The notes: generated by a model not told the origin, from the sequence alone. A stretch of 64,000 nt of DNA from the human T2T-CHM13v2.0 reference genome, Homo sapiens (GCF_009914755.1 NC_060942.1); one strand, 5' to 3'; positions 1 through 13,790 are shown, numbered from the stretch's first letter. A program made the numbers and translations.

Positions 1-84
1 TAACAGGTATTTATTTTATAATCAGAAAAGTAGAACTGAGAAAACCCTCTTTTTATTTTTTAATACTGATATTCCATTTATGTT

Positions 85-460
85 TTTAAATTTTTTATTT
101 TAAAATATTTAACTAACAAAGATTGAATATATTCAAGGTGTACAATGTGATGATTTGATATACGTAGACATTGTATAATGATAACCACAATCGAATTAAT
201 TAATACATCAATTACCATCCATGCTGTCCATTAGATTTTCAGCACTTGGTCATCTTATAACTAAGGTTGAACCCTTTGACCCTGTCTCCCTGTTTTCTCC
301 AGCCCCCACCCCCTGGCAACTGCTATTCTACTCTCTGCCTCAATGAGTTCAACTTTTTTAGGTTCCACAAATGCATGAGATCATACAGTATTTGTCCTTC
401 CATATCTCGCTTATTTCACTTAGCACAGTGACCTCCGGGTTCATCCATGTTGCTGCAAAC
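85..460 (-). mobile_element. L1MA-type LINE-1 3' end fragment
   Basis: T-rich tail then 'atattcaaggtgtacaatgtgatgatttgatatac…ttatttcacttagca…ggttcatccatgttgctgcaaa'. Confidence 0.8.
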
Positions 461-789
461 AAGCTTCTCTGTTTTCAATGAAAAAGTTTCAAAAAGGTAA
501 ACATCATAATGGAACTCCACATCTGGTCACATAAATCCATAACCACAGTTTTTTCTGCCCTGTGAATTTTTCATTTTACAGTAAGGACAAAACATACAAG
601 TACGAAGCCCACAATACTTTAAAATCACTTCTGAGTTGGTCAATATACATAATTGTAAGTATATAGTTATTAGTAATCAATCCTAATTAGTGTTTCTGTG
701 TTTTGCTTTGTCTATTTAATATGATTTAATATTTAAGTGCTCATGTGTCAGCATAGTCAACATGTGTAACTTGTTGACAGTGTGGCAAT

Positions 790-1190
790 CACTGCTATGT
801 GTTCACCAAACAATTCCCCTTCCACCCTGGGCTTATAGCAAGACTACATTTCCCAGCCTCCCTTGTAGTTAGATGTGGCCATGTGACTGGGTTCTGACTC
901 CTAGAATGTGGGTAGAAGTAATGTTGCCTCCAGACCTCTGGATCTGGCTCATGAAACTTCCCTTGCAATCCTCTGTTCTCACTCTCTTCCCTCATGGATC
1001 TATCAGATACAGGGAGGAAATGGTGGAGCCACTAAACACAGAAGCCTAGGTCCCTGAGTGATGGCATACAGAAACCTCTCTCCCCAACAGACCCACATTG
1101 AGTTGCAATGTGTGTAAGAAATAAACTTTTATTGTGCTAAGCCACCAAGGTTTGTGGTTATTTGTTAAAGTAGTTGTCCTACCCTAAGCC
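790..1190 (+). mobile_element. Old MaLR LTR (MLT1J-like)
   Basis: 'gactacatttcccagcctcccttgtagttagatgtggccatgtgact' and 'aagaaataaactttt…gctaagcca'. Confidence 0.7.
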
Positions 1191-2278
1191 CAAAGACTTA
1201 GCTACTATCCCATTGTCTTGACAGATCGTAGTGCTTAACCACTTTCCCTTCTTGGATATTTTCATTGTTTCTAAATGATGCCGTGATTATCTTTGAAAAA
1301 AATTATGGTTTTTCATTTGCTCCCTTTGGCTTATGCTTATGGAGTATATTTCCCAAAGTGGCATTACCAATGCATTATCTGAGGATAATGTTCATAGTTC
1401 TTGTTACACTACTACCAGACTGCTTTCAAGAAATATTGGAGCAAATGAGTGCAGCATCCCCAATACATGGTGTTTCCCACATCTCCAGCAACACTGGGTT
1501 TTATTATTTTTGGCTTTGTTTGCCAATGCTGTGGCACCAACTAGAAAGTGCTTCCAAGGTCATTTACACTTGCAATACTTAGTGAGAGTTCTTATACTAT
1601 AGAGTATGTGGCAGATAACATTTTGATCTACGAACCTCACCCTACTTACTCACCCTTTGGTCTGCCCTCTGATATAGGCAGCCGCAGGGACGTTCACACG
1701 CCTCGCATTAGTGAAGTGATGACACTGCAAAATACAGTAAAAGGAATCAAGCTTTCACTTCTGCATTACAAAATAGGCTTCTGGAAACTCACAGCAGAGA
1801 CCATAGTTTTAAGGGGGGAAGAAGCTTTCTGTATTTCAAAGCTTGGCTTTTGAGCATAAGAAGCCTCAGGCCTGAAAGACTCAAGGCATACGGTTCAGGC
1901 ATAAATAATAGATTTGGAAGAATATGTGATCAGTCAGAGCCAGACAGCCCTGCCCCAGGCTGGATAAGGTTTCCCTGGACTGAGGCAGTGGAGAGGTAGA
2001 GAAGGAAGAAGAGGCTTAAATGGTGGGTCCTGAAGGCAGAAGGCTGCGACAGGAGCAGCAAGAGGCAGATGGACGCTGCATCCCCTACACTGCTCATGTC
2101 CACGTGGTACAGTGGAGAAGGCTGTATGCAAATGCCACTCATTCAGGAGGGGTTCCTGCACAGATGCTGTCTTGAGCACTGTGGATATGGCAGTGAATGA
2201 AAAAGACCAAGTCCTTGCTTCTGCAGAATGATGTTCTAATGGGGGAAATAGACGTCAACAAACAAATAAACAAATACG

Positions 2279-3976
2279 CAGGCAGACTTCGCTACAGTGC
2301 GCCTCACAGACATTGTGTATTTTACAAATTGAAGGTTTGTGGCAACCCTGCATGGATCACGTCTGTCTGGGACATCTTTCTGACAGCATGTGCTCACTTC
2401 ATGATTCTGTGTCACCTTTTGGTAATTCTCGTAATACTTTGAGCTTTTTCATTATTATTATTGTGTCTGTTACAGTGATCTGTGATCAGTGATCTTTGCT
2501 GTTACTATTATAATTGTTTTTGGGTACCACCAACAGCACCCATACAAGATGGCAAACTTAACAGATGAATGTTATGTGTTCTGACTGTTTGGACTCCCTA
2601 TGCCCTGAGACACACAAATATTGAAATTAGGCCAATGAATAGCCCTACAATGGGCTCTAAGTGTTCAAGTGAAAGTAAAAGTCACACAACTCTCACTTTA
2701 AATCAAAAGCTGTAAGTAATTAAACAGTGAGGAAGACACAGTGAAAGCCAAGACAGGCTGAAAGCAAAGCTTCTTGTGCCAGTTAGTCAAGTTGAAAATG
2801 CGAAGAAAAAGTTCTTGAAGAAAATTAAATGTGCCACTCCAGTGAACACACAGATGATAAGAAAGCGAAACAGCCTTATTACTGATGTAGAGAAAGTTGT
2901 AGTTGGTCTGGATAGAAGATCCAACCAGCCACAGCATTCCCTTAAACCAAAGCCTAATCCAGAACAAGGCCCTAAGTCTCTTCAATTCTATAAACACTGA
3001 GAGGAGAGGACAGGAGAGGAGAGGAGAGGAGTGGAGGAGGAGGAGGAGGAGGAGGAGAAGAAGAAGAAGGAGAAGGAGGAAGAGGAGAGGAAGAGGAGAG
3101 GAAGAGGAAGGAGGAGGAGGAGTAAAGAAAGAAGAAAGAAGAAGGAAGAAGAAAAGAGGAAGAGAAGAGGAGTTGGAAGCTAGCAAAGTTTGGTTCAGGA
3201 GGTTTAAGGAAAGGAGCCATTTCCACAAACATCAGCACTTGAGGTAAAGCAGCAAGTGCTGATGGAGAAGCTGCGGCAAGTTATCCAGAAGATCTAAATA
3301 AGATTATTGATGAAGGCAGCCACACTAACAGATTTTCAATGTAGATGAAACATCCTTATGTTGGAAGAAGATGCCATCTAGGACTTTCATAGCTAGAGAG
3401 GATAAGTCAATGCCTGGCTTCAAGGCTTCAAAGGACAGACTGACTCTCGTTAGGGTCTAATGCAGTTGGTGACTTTAAGTTGAAGCCAATGCTCATTTTC
3501 CATTCTGAAAATCCTAGGCCCCTTAAGAATGATGCTAAATCTACTCTCCCTGTGCTCTGTAAATGAAGCAACAAAGCCTGGCTAATAGCACATCTGCTTA
3601 TAGATGGTTTACTGAACATTTTAATCCCACTGTTGAGACCTACTGCTCAGAAACAAACAAACAAACAAAAACTCTTTCAAAATATTACTGCTCATTGACC
3701 ATGCATCTAAGCACCCAAGAGCTCTGATGGAGATATACAAGAAGATTAATGTCATTTTCATGCCTGCTAACACAAAATCTATTCTGGGGCTCATGGATCA
3801 AGGAGTAATTTTGACCTTCAAGTTGTATTATTTAAGAAATACATTTTATAAGGCTATATAGGTGCCATAGTGATTCCTCTGATGGATCTGGGCAATGTGT
3901 GCAACTCACTTTATCATAATGTTTGCTTTATTGTGGAGGTCTAGAACTAAACCCACAATATCTCTGAGACATGCAT
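2279..3976 (+). mobile_element. Tigger1 DNA transposon, internally deleted, decayed transposase
   Basis: Tigger1 5' end; transposase remnants ([43 protein letters not shown]); 3' terminus at about 3900-3976; TA flanks. Confidence 0.9.
2999..3172. repeat. Polypurine (GGAGA/GGA/GAA) low-complexity tract inside Tigger1
   Basis: About 170 bp almost entirely G/A. Confidence 0.95.
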
Positions 3977-4106
3977 ATATATATATACACACACGCATAT
4001 ATATATACACACATATATATACACACATATATATATGTGTGTGTGTGTGTGTGCCTGTGTGTGATATATATATGTGTGTGTGTATGGTGTATGCATATAT
4101 GTATAT
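3975..4106. repeat. Compound (TA)n(CA)n/(TG)n microsatellite
   Basis: Directly visible. Confidence 0.95.
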
Positions 4107-4420
4107 GATGTCAGTGGTGATAAGTGCTCTGAAGACAAATAAAACAGGACAGAGAGTGGTGGATGGTGGAATTATTTTAAATAAGGTGGTCAGAGAAGGC
4201 CTTTCTAAAAACATGATATGTGAGCAGTTGAAGTGGGAAGGGAGCCCTGAGCATATTTGGGCATAGAGCATTCCAAGAAGTAAGAACAGCGAGTGCAAAG
4301 GCCGAGACAGAAGTGTGTCTTGGCATTTGCCAGACCTATAAGAAGACCAGTGTGGCTGGAGCATGTGAGACAGAGGGAAGAAGACGGTGGAAGGGAGAAA
4401 GTCAGAGAGACAGCAGATAG
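4107..4420 (+). mobile_element. L2 fragment, continuing about 2140-2277 (split by Tigger1)
   Basis: 'ggtgataagtgctctgaagacaaataaaacagg…ggtggtcagagaaggcct…gagtgcaaaggcc…ccagtgtggctggagc'; strand not certain. Confidence 0.65.
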
Positions 4421-4785
4421 ACAGTGGATGGGCTGTCTGGACAGACAGGATGGAGGCAGTCTTGGTTAACACAGGGCCTCTCTCCTCCTTTCCCAGCATG
4501 GTGTCTAAGTCCCAGAAGGCACTGAGGGGTCAAGGCAATTAGAGTAGTGTGCCCAGGGGGACAGTGTTTGGATGTGGTTGATGGTCCTCAAGGCCTCCAC
4601 CGCATCCTCCTGGCTCCGCACCACTAGCCTCTATGTTCACTTTCCACTCCCTACCTCTGGGCCTTTTCTAAGCCACAAGCAGACAGTTGGCTTTCCCCGT
4701 ACCTTTGCTTGCAGGGTGCCGAGCAAAGTTCGGAGGAGAAGTTGGTTCCTGGATCCTGGCATCCCTTTTTCCCCTGCTTTGCATC

Positions 4786-5366
4786 TGTGATGGTTAATAT
4801 TGTCAACTTGATTGGATTGAGAGATGCAAAGTACTGTTCCTGGGTATGTCTGTGAGGGTGTTGCCAAAGGAGATTAACATCTGAGTCAGTGGGATGGGAA
4901 AGGCAAACCCACCCTCAGTCTGGGTGGGCACCATCTAATCAGCTGCCAGCAAGGCTAGAATAAAACAGGCAGGAGAAGATGGAAGAGCAGATTTGCTGAG
5001 TCTTCCAGCCTTCATCTTTCTCCTGTGCCGGATGCTTCTTGCCCCCAAACATCAGACTCCAAGTTCTTCAGCTTTTGGATTATGGGACTTACACCAGTGG
5101 TTTGCCAGGGGCTCTCGGGCCTTTGGCCACAGACTGAAGGCTGCACCATCAGCCTGACTGAAGGCTGCACCATCAGCTTCCCTACCTTTGAGGTTTTGGG
5201 ACTCAGACTGATCCACTGCTGGCTTCCTTGCTCCTCACCTTGCAGACAGCCTTTCATAGGACTTTACCATGTGATCTCATGAGTTGATTCTCCTTAATAA
5301 ACTCCCTTTCAGATATATGCATATATCCTATTAGTTCTGTCCCTCAAAAGAACCCTGAGTAATGCA
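4786..5366 (+). mobile_element. Solo ERVL LTR, MLT2A2-like, with 5-bp TSD GCATC
   Basis: TG…CA ends; gcatc at 4781-4785 and 5367-5371; MLT2A consensus motifs. Confidence 0.88.
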
Positions 5367-5527
5367 GCATCCTTGCTCCTACTTAAGGCCACACTACTGC
5401 TGGCTTGGCCCACCATCATGTATATGCACCAGTTTCAAAATCCCCACGCCTTCCTTGAGCTCAGGAATTCAGGCTGAAGTCAACTGATTATGTGAAGAAG
5501 TAACATGTACATTGAAATATGAGTTAA

Positions 5528-5865
5528 GGCCAGGCATGGTGGCTAATGCTTGTAATCCCAACACTTTAGGAGTTCGAGGCAGGAGGATCACTTGAAACCA
5601 GGAGTATGAGACTAGCCTGGGCAATATAGCAGGACCCCTTCTCAAAAAAAAAAAAAAAATTGCCAGGTGTGGTAGCACATACCTGTGGTCTCAACTTCTG
5701 GGGAGGCTGAGGTGGGAGAATCACTCGAGTCCAGAAGGTTGAAGCTGCAGTGAGCCATGATTGTACCACTGCACTCCAGCCTGGGCAACAGAGTAAGATC
5801 CTGACTCTAAAAAAAATAAAAGAAAGAAAAGCAAGGAATGAAAGAAAACAAAAGAAAAGAAAAGA
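5528..5865 (+). mobile_element. Alu (AluJ-like)
   Basis: Dimeric Alu with A-rich linker and tail. Confidence 0.92.
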
Positions 5866-5973
5866 ACCCTCCATGGAAGTTAGTTGCTAAGCAAGATAAA
5901 TCTCTAGGTGAACATGGAAGAGGAGTTTTTCCTTTTAGCAGCTTCTTACCTATTTCTCCACTCTGGCAGGTGA

Positions 5974-6026
5974 GCGCGCGCGCGCACACACACACACACA
6001 CACACTCGCATGCACACCAACACACC
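5974..6026. repeat. (GC)n(AC)n alternating purine-pyrimidine repeat
   Basis: gcgcgcgcgcgcacacacacacacacacacac. Confidence 0.95.
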
Positions 6027-6983
6027 CCTGCATGCTCCAGAAGCGCAAGGATCAGGAATCTGGTCCCAGCTATTGACAGATGGCCACTCCTGTTCTAAAT
6101 GAACTGCCGGCCTCGGCCTCCCTTTCATCTCAAAGGCCATTTGCCATAACCTCATTCATCTGTGCAGACTGTCAAATTCTCTCTCCCAGACTTCTCCTGT
6201 GACCTTCATTTTATTCTCTGCTCATGCCTGAGTGTGGCAGCTGAACTGGATTGATTAAAGTTTTAGCACTGTCTTGTTTTAATTCAAGAGCTAAACTGAG
6301 CATTTAAATGAACTCGCAGCAGGACTGATTGGCAGGCTTCTGGAATCTGATTAACATTCCTCCTGAGGCACTCTTACCCTCCTTATCTCTGCTCTGTGTC
6401 CGGGTTGGTTTCTGGGTGAAATTCACTGTTGGTTTAAAATGACATCATTGGAGCAAGTGAGAGTAGACGAATGTTCACTTCCATCCATCCATCCATCACT
6501 GGAGACCCTGGGTTCATTAAGCGTGTGCCAGGCACAGTTTCCCTCTACATCCCATAATTCATCCATGGGTCTAATGAACCAAGATGGAGTTTGTCAGTTT
6601 GCCCCAGTTTGACTAGATGGGACAATTCTTTGGTGCTCAGAATCTTTTATCCTATAGAGAGAGACTGTGAGGGGAAGAGAGAGCAACTCTCAGCACAGTG
6701 ACATAAATGTCAGTGCACATCCATTCATCATTTCTACCTACAAACACAGTGCCCACAAGAGCCGGGACACTGAACCCACACCCTTTCTTCTGCAGGTCTT
6801 GGTCTGATTGCTATTTTTCAGGGAATCACCTGGCCTCTCCATTCAGTTATCCCACTGTAATTGCCTGTGGTTGCTAAGACAGAGGAGGAAGCATGGGAGG
6901 ACAGGCCTAGGCATCTATCACCCAGGGCTGGATCAGGCATATAACTTCATACCATGCCCCCTCTAAACTCTCAAGGGCCTTCT

Positions 6984-7070
6984 CATCCATCCATCCATCC
7001 ATCCATCCATCCATCCACTCACCCATCTGTCCATCTGTCTGTCCATCCATCCATCCATCTATCCATTCAT
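6984..7070. repeat. (CCAT)n tetranucleotide repeat
   Basis: Directly visible. Confidence 0.9.
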
Positions 7071-7180
7071 ATATTTAATTCAGCAAGTATTTATCACTTG
7101 CCTTCTATGTAACAGGTACTGTGCCAGATGCTGGGATTTTTTAAAAACATACCCAGGAGGTTGTTCTTATTCAGGGATGG

Positions 7181-7599
7181 TGTGTTAGGCTGTTCTTGTA
7201 TTACTATAAAAAAAATACCTGTGCTGGGTAAATTATAAAGAAAAGAGGTTTCATTGGCTCACGGTTCTGCAGACAGTACAGAAATCATGGCGCATACTGC
7301 CTGCTTCTGGTGATGGCCTCAGGAAGCTTCTACTCATGGCAGAAGGTGAAGAGAGAGCAGGCATCTCACAGGGTGAGAACACGAGCAAGAGAGCGAGTGG
7401 GGAGGTACCACACTATTTTAAACAACCAGATCTCACATGAATTCAGAGCCAGAACTCACTGGTCACCAAGGGGATGGCACTAAGCTGTTCATGAAGGACC
7501 CGCCCTCATGACCAAACACCTCCACCAGGCCCCACCTCCAACCCTGGGGATTACATTTCAGCAGGAGATTTGAAGGGGACAAATATTCAAACAATATCA
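7181..7599 (-). mobile_element. MST-family MaLR solo LTR
   Basis: tgtgttagg…aagaaaagaggttt…ggctcacggttctgca…caaacaatatca. Confidence 0.85.
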
Positions 7600-8524
7600 T
7601 ACGGTAAGGCCAGCAGATTAGGAGATGACCACAACTGAAAAGATAGTTTGTTACTTACGGTTCCCAAGAGAAGGGGACACACCATGCCACACCATTCAGA
7701 GCCACACAGGGAGGCACCAGGTCGAGTCAGGAGGCAGGAGTGAGGGAAAAGCATGGGCAAAGTCTTTCCTTCATTTGTGGTTCTCAAGGGAAGGAACGGG
7801 CGAGGCAGGGTAAGCCACTGAGCAAGTTTAGGATTGGATAGGCTGAATAACGTCAGCAGGCTCTGGGCTATCAGGGTGGTCCCCAGTTGAATGGTATCTG
7901 GCCCTAGGGTGATTTTGGGCAGAAGGATAACGTCTAGGGTTTCCTAAGCCTGATGAAAGGAGCCAGTTTGGGGAATGGACTTGGGATGAGTTGGTTTGCA
8001 TATCAAAGGCATCTTGCAGGCAAGTTGTTTGCTACCTGTAGGAAATAGCCAACCCTGGGAAGGGTAGTCCCTTCCTGGGTCCACAGGGCCCCAAGATGTC
8101 AAAGCATCCTAAAATACAGAAAACAAAAACGTGGTTAATACATGGGGTTTCAGAAAATGATGTCTGCCCTTAAAGACTTCACAGACTTCAAAACAAACAA
8201 GAGTTTCATAGCATATGGCACAAGCTGTGCCAGTCACCTTTGGGGATGTCTGCCCAGCCACAACCTTCCCATTCGTGGGAAATACACCCCAGATCTAAAG
8301 GGGTGGGCTCCTCAGTGGCCGGCCAGCTTTATAGTCCATGGCCCATGCCCCTGGCAGTGGCTAATTGGACCAAGATGGACACATGGTCCCAAGCTCAGCC
8401 AATCAGATTTCCTCTCCCACTAATTTGGGATTGCAATTCAGAGACCGGTACACCTGTGCTGGCGGGAACAGCAGCTGGTAAACACAGGAGCCAGGAGACA
8501 GTCTGACTTCACCGTATGTATATC

Positions 8525-8645
8525 TGTGATCTCCAACCCTGGGTGCACAGTGGAGTCACTGAGAGTTTTTAAGAAATACTGAGGCCAGAGTCCCAATTCA
8601 GACCACTTCAATCAGAATCTCTGAGGATGGGGCCCAGGTGTCCGA
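8525..8645. mobile_element. MER5-like hAT MITE fragment
   Basis: 'gtgatctccaaccctgggtgcaca…aatcagaatctctgaggatggggcccagg'. Confidence 0.6.
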
Positions 8646-8844
8646 GCTCCTGTCCCAAGCCTGACTCACTCCTCACACCCACAAAAGTGAACTGTCCTGG
8701 GCCTGCGTCCCCCCTCCAGGAGCATCACCTCTGGCCCTGTCCCTTCATGCTGTGTAGAAGTGACAGGACTGTGCTATGATTGTTGTGGATATTCCACACA
8801 CACATAGAGTCATGGAGCACAGCAACAGGGAGGGGGCATGCTTA

Positions 8845-9190
8845 AATTAACACATAACATTCGTGCATTTGCAGGGGGTGCATATGATCTTTTGTTGCAT
8901 GTGCAGAATGTGTAATGATCAAGTCGGGATATTTAGAATCTCCATCACCTTGAGCACTTATCATTTCTACGTATTGGGAACATTTCAAGTCTGCTCCTTT
9001 AGCTATTTTGAAATATACAATTCATTGTTATTAATTACAATCACCCTACTCTGCTATTGCACATTAGAAATTATTCCTTCTGTCTAACTGCACATTTGTA
9101 CCCATTAACCACTCTCTTCATCCCCTCCTCCCCCACATACACACAAACACTTCCCAGCCTCTGATAACTATAATTCTACTTCCTACCAGA
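8845..9190 (-). mobile_element. L1MA-type 3' fragment
   Basis: 'atgtgtaatgatcaagtcggg…tccatcaccttgagcacttatcatttc…agctattttgaaatatacaat'. Confidence 0.8.
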
Positions 9191-9196
9191 GGGAGC

Positions 9197-9817
9197 ATTT
9201 TTTTACCCAGACTGGAGTGCAGTGGCACTTTCTTAGCTCATTGCAGCCTCCAACTCCTGGGGCTAAGCAATGCTCCAGCCTCAGCCTCCTGAGTAGCTAG
9301 GACTACAGGCTCAAGCCACCATATCCAGCTAACTTTTTTTAAAAATGTTTTTGTAGAGACATGGTCTCAATATGTTGCCCAGGCTGGTCTCAAACTCCTG
9401 GCCTGAAAGCCATCTTCTGTATTTGTCCATTTTCACACTGCTGATAAAGACATCCCCAAGACTGGGAAGGAAAAGAGGTTTAATTGGCCTTACAGTTTCA
9501 CATGGCTGGGGAGGCCTCAGAATCATGGCAGGAGGCAAAAGGTAATTCTTACATGGCAATGGCAAGAGAAAACGAGGAGGAAGCAAAAGTGGAAACCCCT
9601 GATAAACCCATCAGATCTCATGAGACGTACTCACTATCATGAGAATAGCATAGGAAAGACCAGCCCCATGATTCAGTTACCTCCCCCTGGGTCCCTCCCA
9701 CAACATGTGGGAATTCTGGGAGATACAATTCAAGTTGAGATTTGGTGGGGACACAGCCAAACCATATCAGCCTCCCAAAGTGCTGGGATTACAAGTGTGA
9801 GCCACTGTGCCTGGTCC
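9197..9817 (-). mobile_element. AluJ interrupted by a THE1 LTR (9418-9769)
   Basis: Alu sequence stops at 9417 and resumes at 9770 (gcctcccaaagtgctggg); THE1 tgtatt…aaaccatatca lies between. Confidence 0.88.
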
Positions 9818-10737
9818 AGGGGGAGCGTGTTAAATCAGTCTCCCACTCAACTTCTGATAAAATGAATGTCCATCAAAAGAAGATGTGCAGTGCACCCAAG
9901 AAGTCAATACATCAATTAACCAAGAAATATTTTTAGGAAGAGAGATGAATAAGAGGAAAGACAAGGTTCCTGGCCTGGGGGAGCGTTTAGTTCAGCTGGA
10001 GAGGGCTTTAGATGTTGATGTAGATATGTACACATATAAATATGAATGCACGTGGCAGTCTACTTGATTAACATTAGTAAACCAAGCATGATACACACTG
10101 GAAGAACGGCACTCCATGCGATCAGAAAGGAAAGATTCCTCTGGGCTGGGCTAGTCCAGGAAGACTTCCTGAAGGTGGGGGCATTTAACCTGGTCTTGTG
10201 AAGAAAGGTGAGTTTCAAACAGGCCTATGGGCCAGGGTAACCAGCTCTGTAGGTGCTTGAAGGACAGCCATCCTCTGCACTTGGTGTGCAGAACAGGCCC
10301 CATCAGAAGGCGTTCTCAGCCACAGCCTCAGGCTGTGTCCTCCTCCTTCCCCACAGAGTTAATTTTTTATCACTCAAGCAAACCAGAGAAACTCAAAAGC
10401 TTGAACTAATAATGGTGGCCCAAGTCCAAGCATGGGTACGGACCCAGGTGAGGTCCTCTAACCTCTCAGAAAGCAGGTATCAGGAGACAAAGGGGGTGAT
10501 TGGGTAACTAGGGGAGACAGGAGACCTGGACTCACCCCTGCACAGATGCTACCTTTCAAAGACACAGGTGCATCAAACACTGGAACCCAGATCCACTCAC
10601 AGTCAAACTCTGCCCCTTCTTTAAAATAGCTGCTCTAGGGAGACAGAGATGGAGAAGAGCTTTGCACTCACTGCTCACTCTTCCCAGGAGCTAAGCCTAA
10701 ATACTGAGGGCCTGGACTAAGAATAAAACTTAGTCAT

Positions 10738-11047
10738 GGCTGGACGTGGTGACTCACACCTGTAATCGTAGCACTTTGGGAGACCAAAGTGAGGGGACCG
10801 CTTGAGGCCAGGAGTTCGAGACCAGCCTGGGCAGTATAGCGAAACGCTGTCTCTACAAAAAATAAAAATTCAAAAATTAGCCAGGTGTGGTAGTGCACAA
10901 CTGGAGTCTCAGATATTTGGGAGGCTGAGGTGGGAGGATTGCTTGAGCCCAGGAGGTCAAGGTTGCAGCGAGTCATGGTAGCTCTGCTGTACTCCAGCCT
11001 GGGCAACAGAGTGAGACCCTGTCTCTTAAAAATAAAATAAAATAAAA
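10738..11047 (+). mobile_element. Alu (AluJ-like)
   Basis: Full dimer with (TAAAA)n tail. Confidence 0.92.
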
Positions 11048-13417
11048 CCCAGTCATTCCAAAGCAAATGTCTTTCCTCTATTTCCATATTCACAAATCCC
11101 TCCCCAGCTCTAGAGGAACTAGCCACCCCGTGAGCCGTCTTCCCTCTGAGTCTCTTCTTCTTTCCCTCGGCTGATCCCTTCATCCTCCCATTCTGCCTCT
11201 CTCCATCTCCCTATCAGGACCCCTTATTCCTCAGCTGCAATCAACTCCCAAGTATTCGGCCTGCAATTCCTGAACTTCCACCTGGCACTGCTAAGCTTTC
11301 AAACCCACAACCTCGGGTCTGAGTTTCAGGCCAGGAGTGTCCCTTTCTCCTGCCCTTTGGGGGAGCTCGGATTTCTACCCATCCACTTTTAAAACATCCC
11401 TTCCCTCTACTCAGTTTGAGAATAACATCTGGGGACAGATGTGTCTGAATCATCCCGACTTGGGGCTTGGTTTCCCCCTCTGTGCAATAGAGAGTGGACT
11501 GTGCCCTCTCTCTAAGGATGACCGTCCGCACACACCCCATCTTGAGTATGAGCTTTTTCCAGGACGGCAGTTTATTTTCAGCTGTAGGCTTTCAGCGACA
11601 CTCGCTTTGCTTCTTTCTGCTGCCGTGAAAGATTTTCCATGCCACTAGGGAGTATAAATGCTCCTCACATGCATTTTTGAAAGACCTCGGAAACCTCTGC
11701 ATAAATCAGTAGAAGTTCATTTATGGTTTCAGAATATTCTGGCTAATTTATCTGGTGTCAAAGATCCTGAGCCTGAGCCTTCAGTTTCCAAACTGGGCCC
11801 TGTAGGGCTCTGCTGCATTTCCCTTGCATGTTTGTTTTGGCTGGCCCTGAAATTCGACCCGGCCACAAGGAGACCTTTATCATTATCCAAAGAGATCTTC
11901 CCCTTCCCAATGACACACTGTTCGGAGGTTTAACTCCGAGCCAGTGCTTCTTCCCCTTTTAAAAAACCAACAGCAAAGATAGAGCTCTTCCTTCCAAGCC
12001 ACCAGGTCGCAGGTCTCAGATTTCAGCCTTGCCCTGATGTCCTTCCTGTGAGTTTGAACTCCGCTGTGCCAGCATGTAGGCCCTCCCAACACCCTCCTGC
12101 TGGCCTTACGCGGGTCAGGGCAGGCAGTGTACAGAAACAGGGACCCACTGATGGTGATGCAATGAAAAAAAATAACCTGGCAGTCAGCATGTTTGAGCTT
12201 TCTGGGGCTGTCTTACCAGAAATCGCTGTAGAAACATGTGGCTGACATTGTTAGCAATTAGCCCAGTGTCCAGCCCCAGAGGCGATTTTACATCCTTCCT
12301 GGCTATGGTTTGAGATTTCATTGTTTGATGCTCCCTGCATTTTGCTCTCTCAGTATTTCCTCTACCCTGAATCATGTGGCCAAGCCTTAAACTCCTGTCC
12401 TTTGAGGACAATCAGAATGACACCTTTAGTGTTTGTGCCTTATTTTATGGCCTCATGATCTTGTGCCCTTTGGAGTTCAAAGGTCACATCAGGCAGCAGG
12501 CCGGGAGGTTTTTGATGTGACCTTTGAACCCCAGAAAACAAAAGAATGGAGGCCCACAGAGACCATCCATCTAAAAAACGATCCTATAAAGAATGCAACT
12601 CAATCAGCCCAGAGCATGCAAATCACATAACATTTTTATGGAGCACCCTGCTAAATCCAAACTTACAGCCAGAAGAAGGGACACAAACCCCATGATCCCA
12701 ATACATAAATCAAAGCTTGAGAAAAGCAAAGACATGAGTTTACAGCTGGCTAAGAATGGAAGGATTTGCAAAATGTGATTTATACATTTGTTTCCTCCCC
12801 TCCTCCCACCCAGTCTACACACAAACACACACTCACACACACGCTGGTCAATACCACAGCACCACAGGGAAATCCAGCATTTTCCTTTCCAAAGGTTTGC
12901 CCTGTGCTAAGTCTACCATGGACAGACATGGGAGAGCAACTGAAGGCCAAGAGCTTCCTCCCTGGCCACCAGAACCATCCTCAGAGACAGGCAGAAAGTC
13001 CACAGGGCAGGCAGCCAGATAAGGAAGATGAGGACTTGCCATACAGGTAAAAGGCTGGCCCCACAAAGAAGGCCACATTCTGTAGAACAGATGTCACCTC
13101 CCCTATGACACAGATTGTCCCTCAACAGTCCTTAATACCTGGCACACATGTCCCCAGGGCAAAGGTCAGACTAATTTCTGAATTGATGAGAAATACTGTT
13201 CAAATAGTTAGAGACTGAGCAGGAGGTGCTCCTGTTTCTCATGACTATTGAAGTTTTGGTTTTTTAAAAAAGAAATATTTAAGTGTGTTTCTAGATGTCT
13301 AGATAACATGCTGATGCTGGGTAATAGATCTTGAGAAGTCTGCCAAGTATGTCTGTAGTAGCAAATGTTCAGAGACCAGAACCGTGGAGTATGAAAAAGA
13401 GATCCCCTTTTAAATGA

Positions 13418-13790
<373 letters not shown>

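Noticed and set aside
2698-3247. ORFs with poly-Arg/Glu, poly-Leu or poly-Pro runs
   Set aside because: Translations of the purine tract and decayed Tigger1 transposase; the frame is broken by stops and shifts
3895-4499. 123-197 aa ORFs
   Set aside because: Read-through of microsatellite and L2 sequence
7600-8500. Apparently unique sequence with several short ORFs
   Set aside because: Looks like old LTR-derived sequence that I cannot name; no coding evidence
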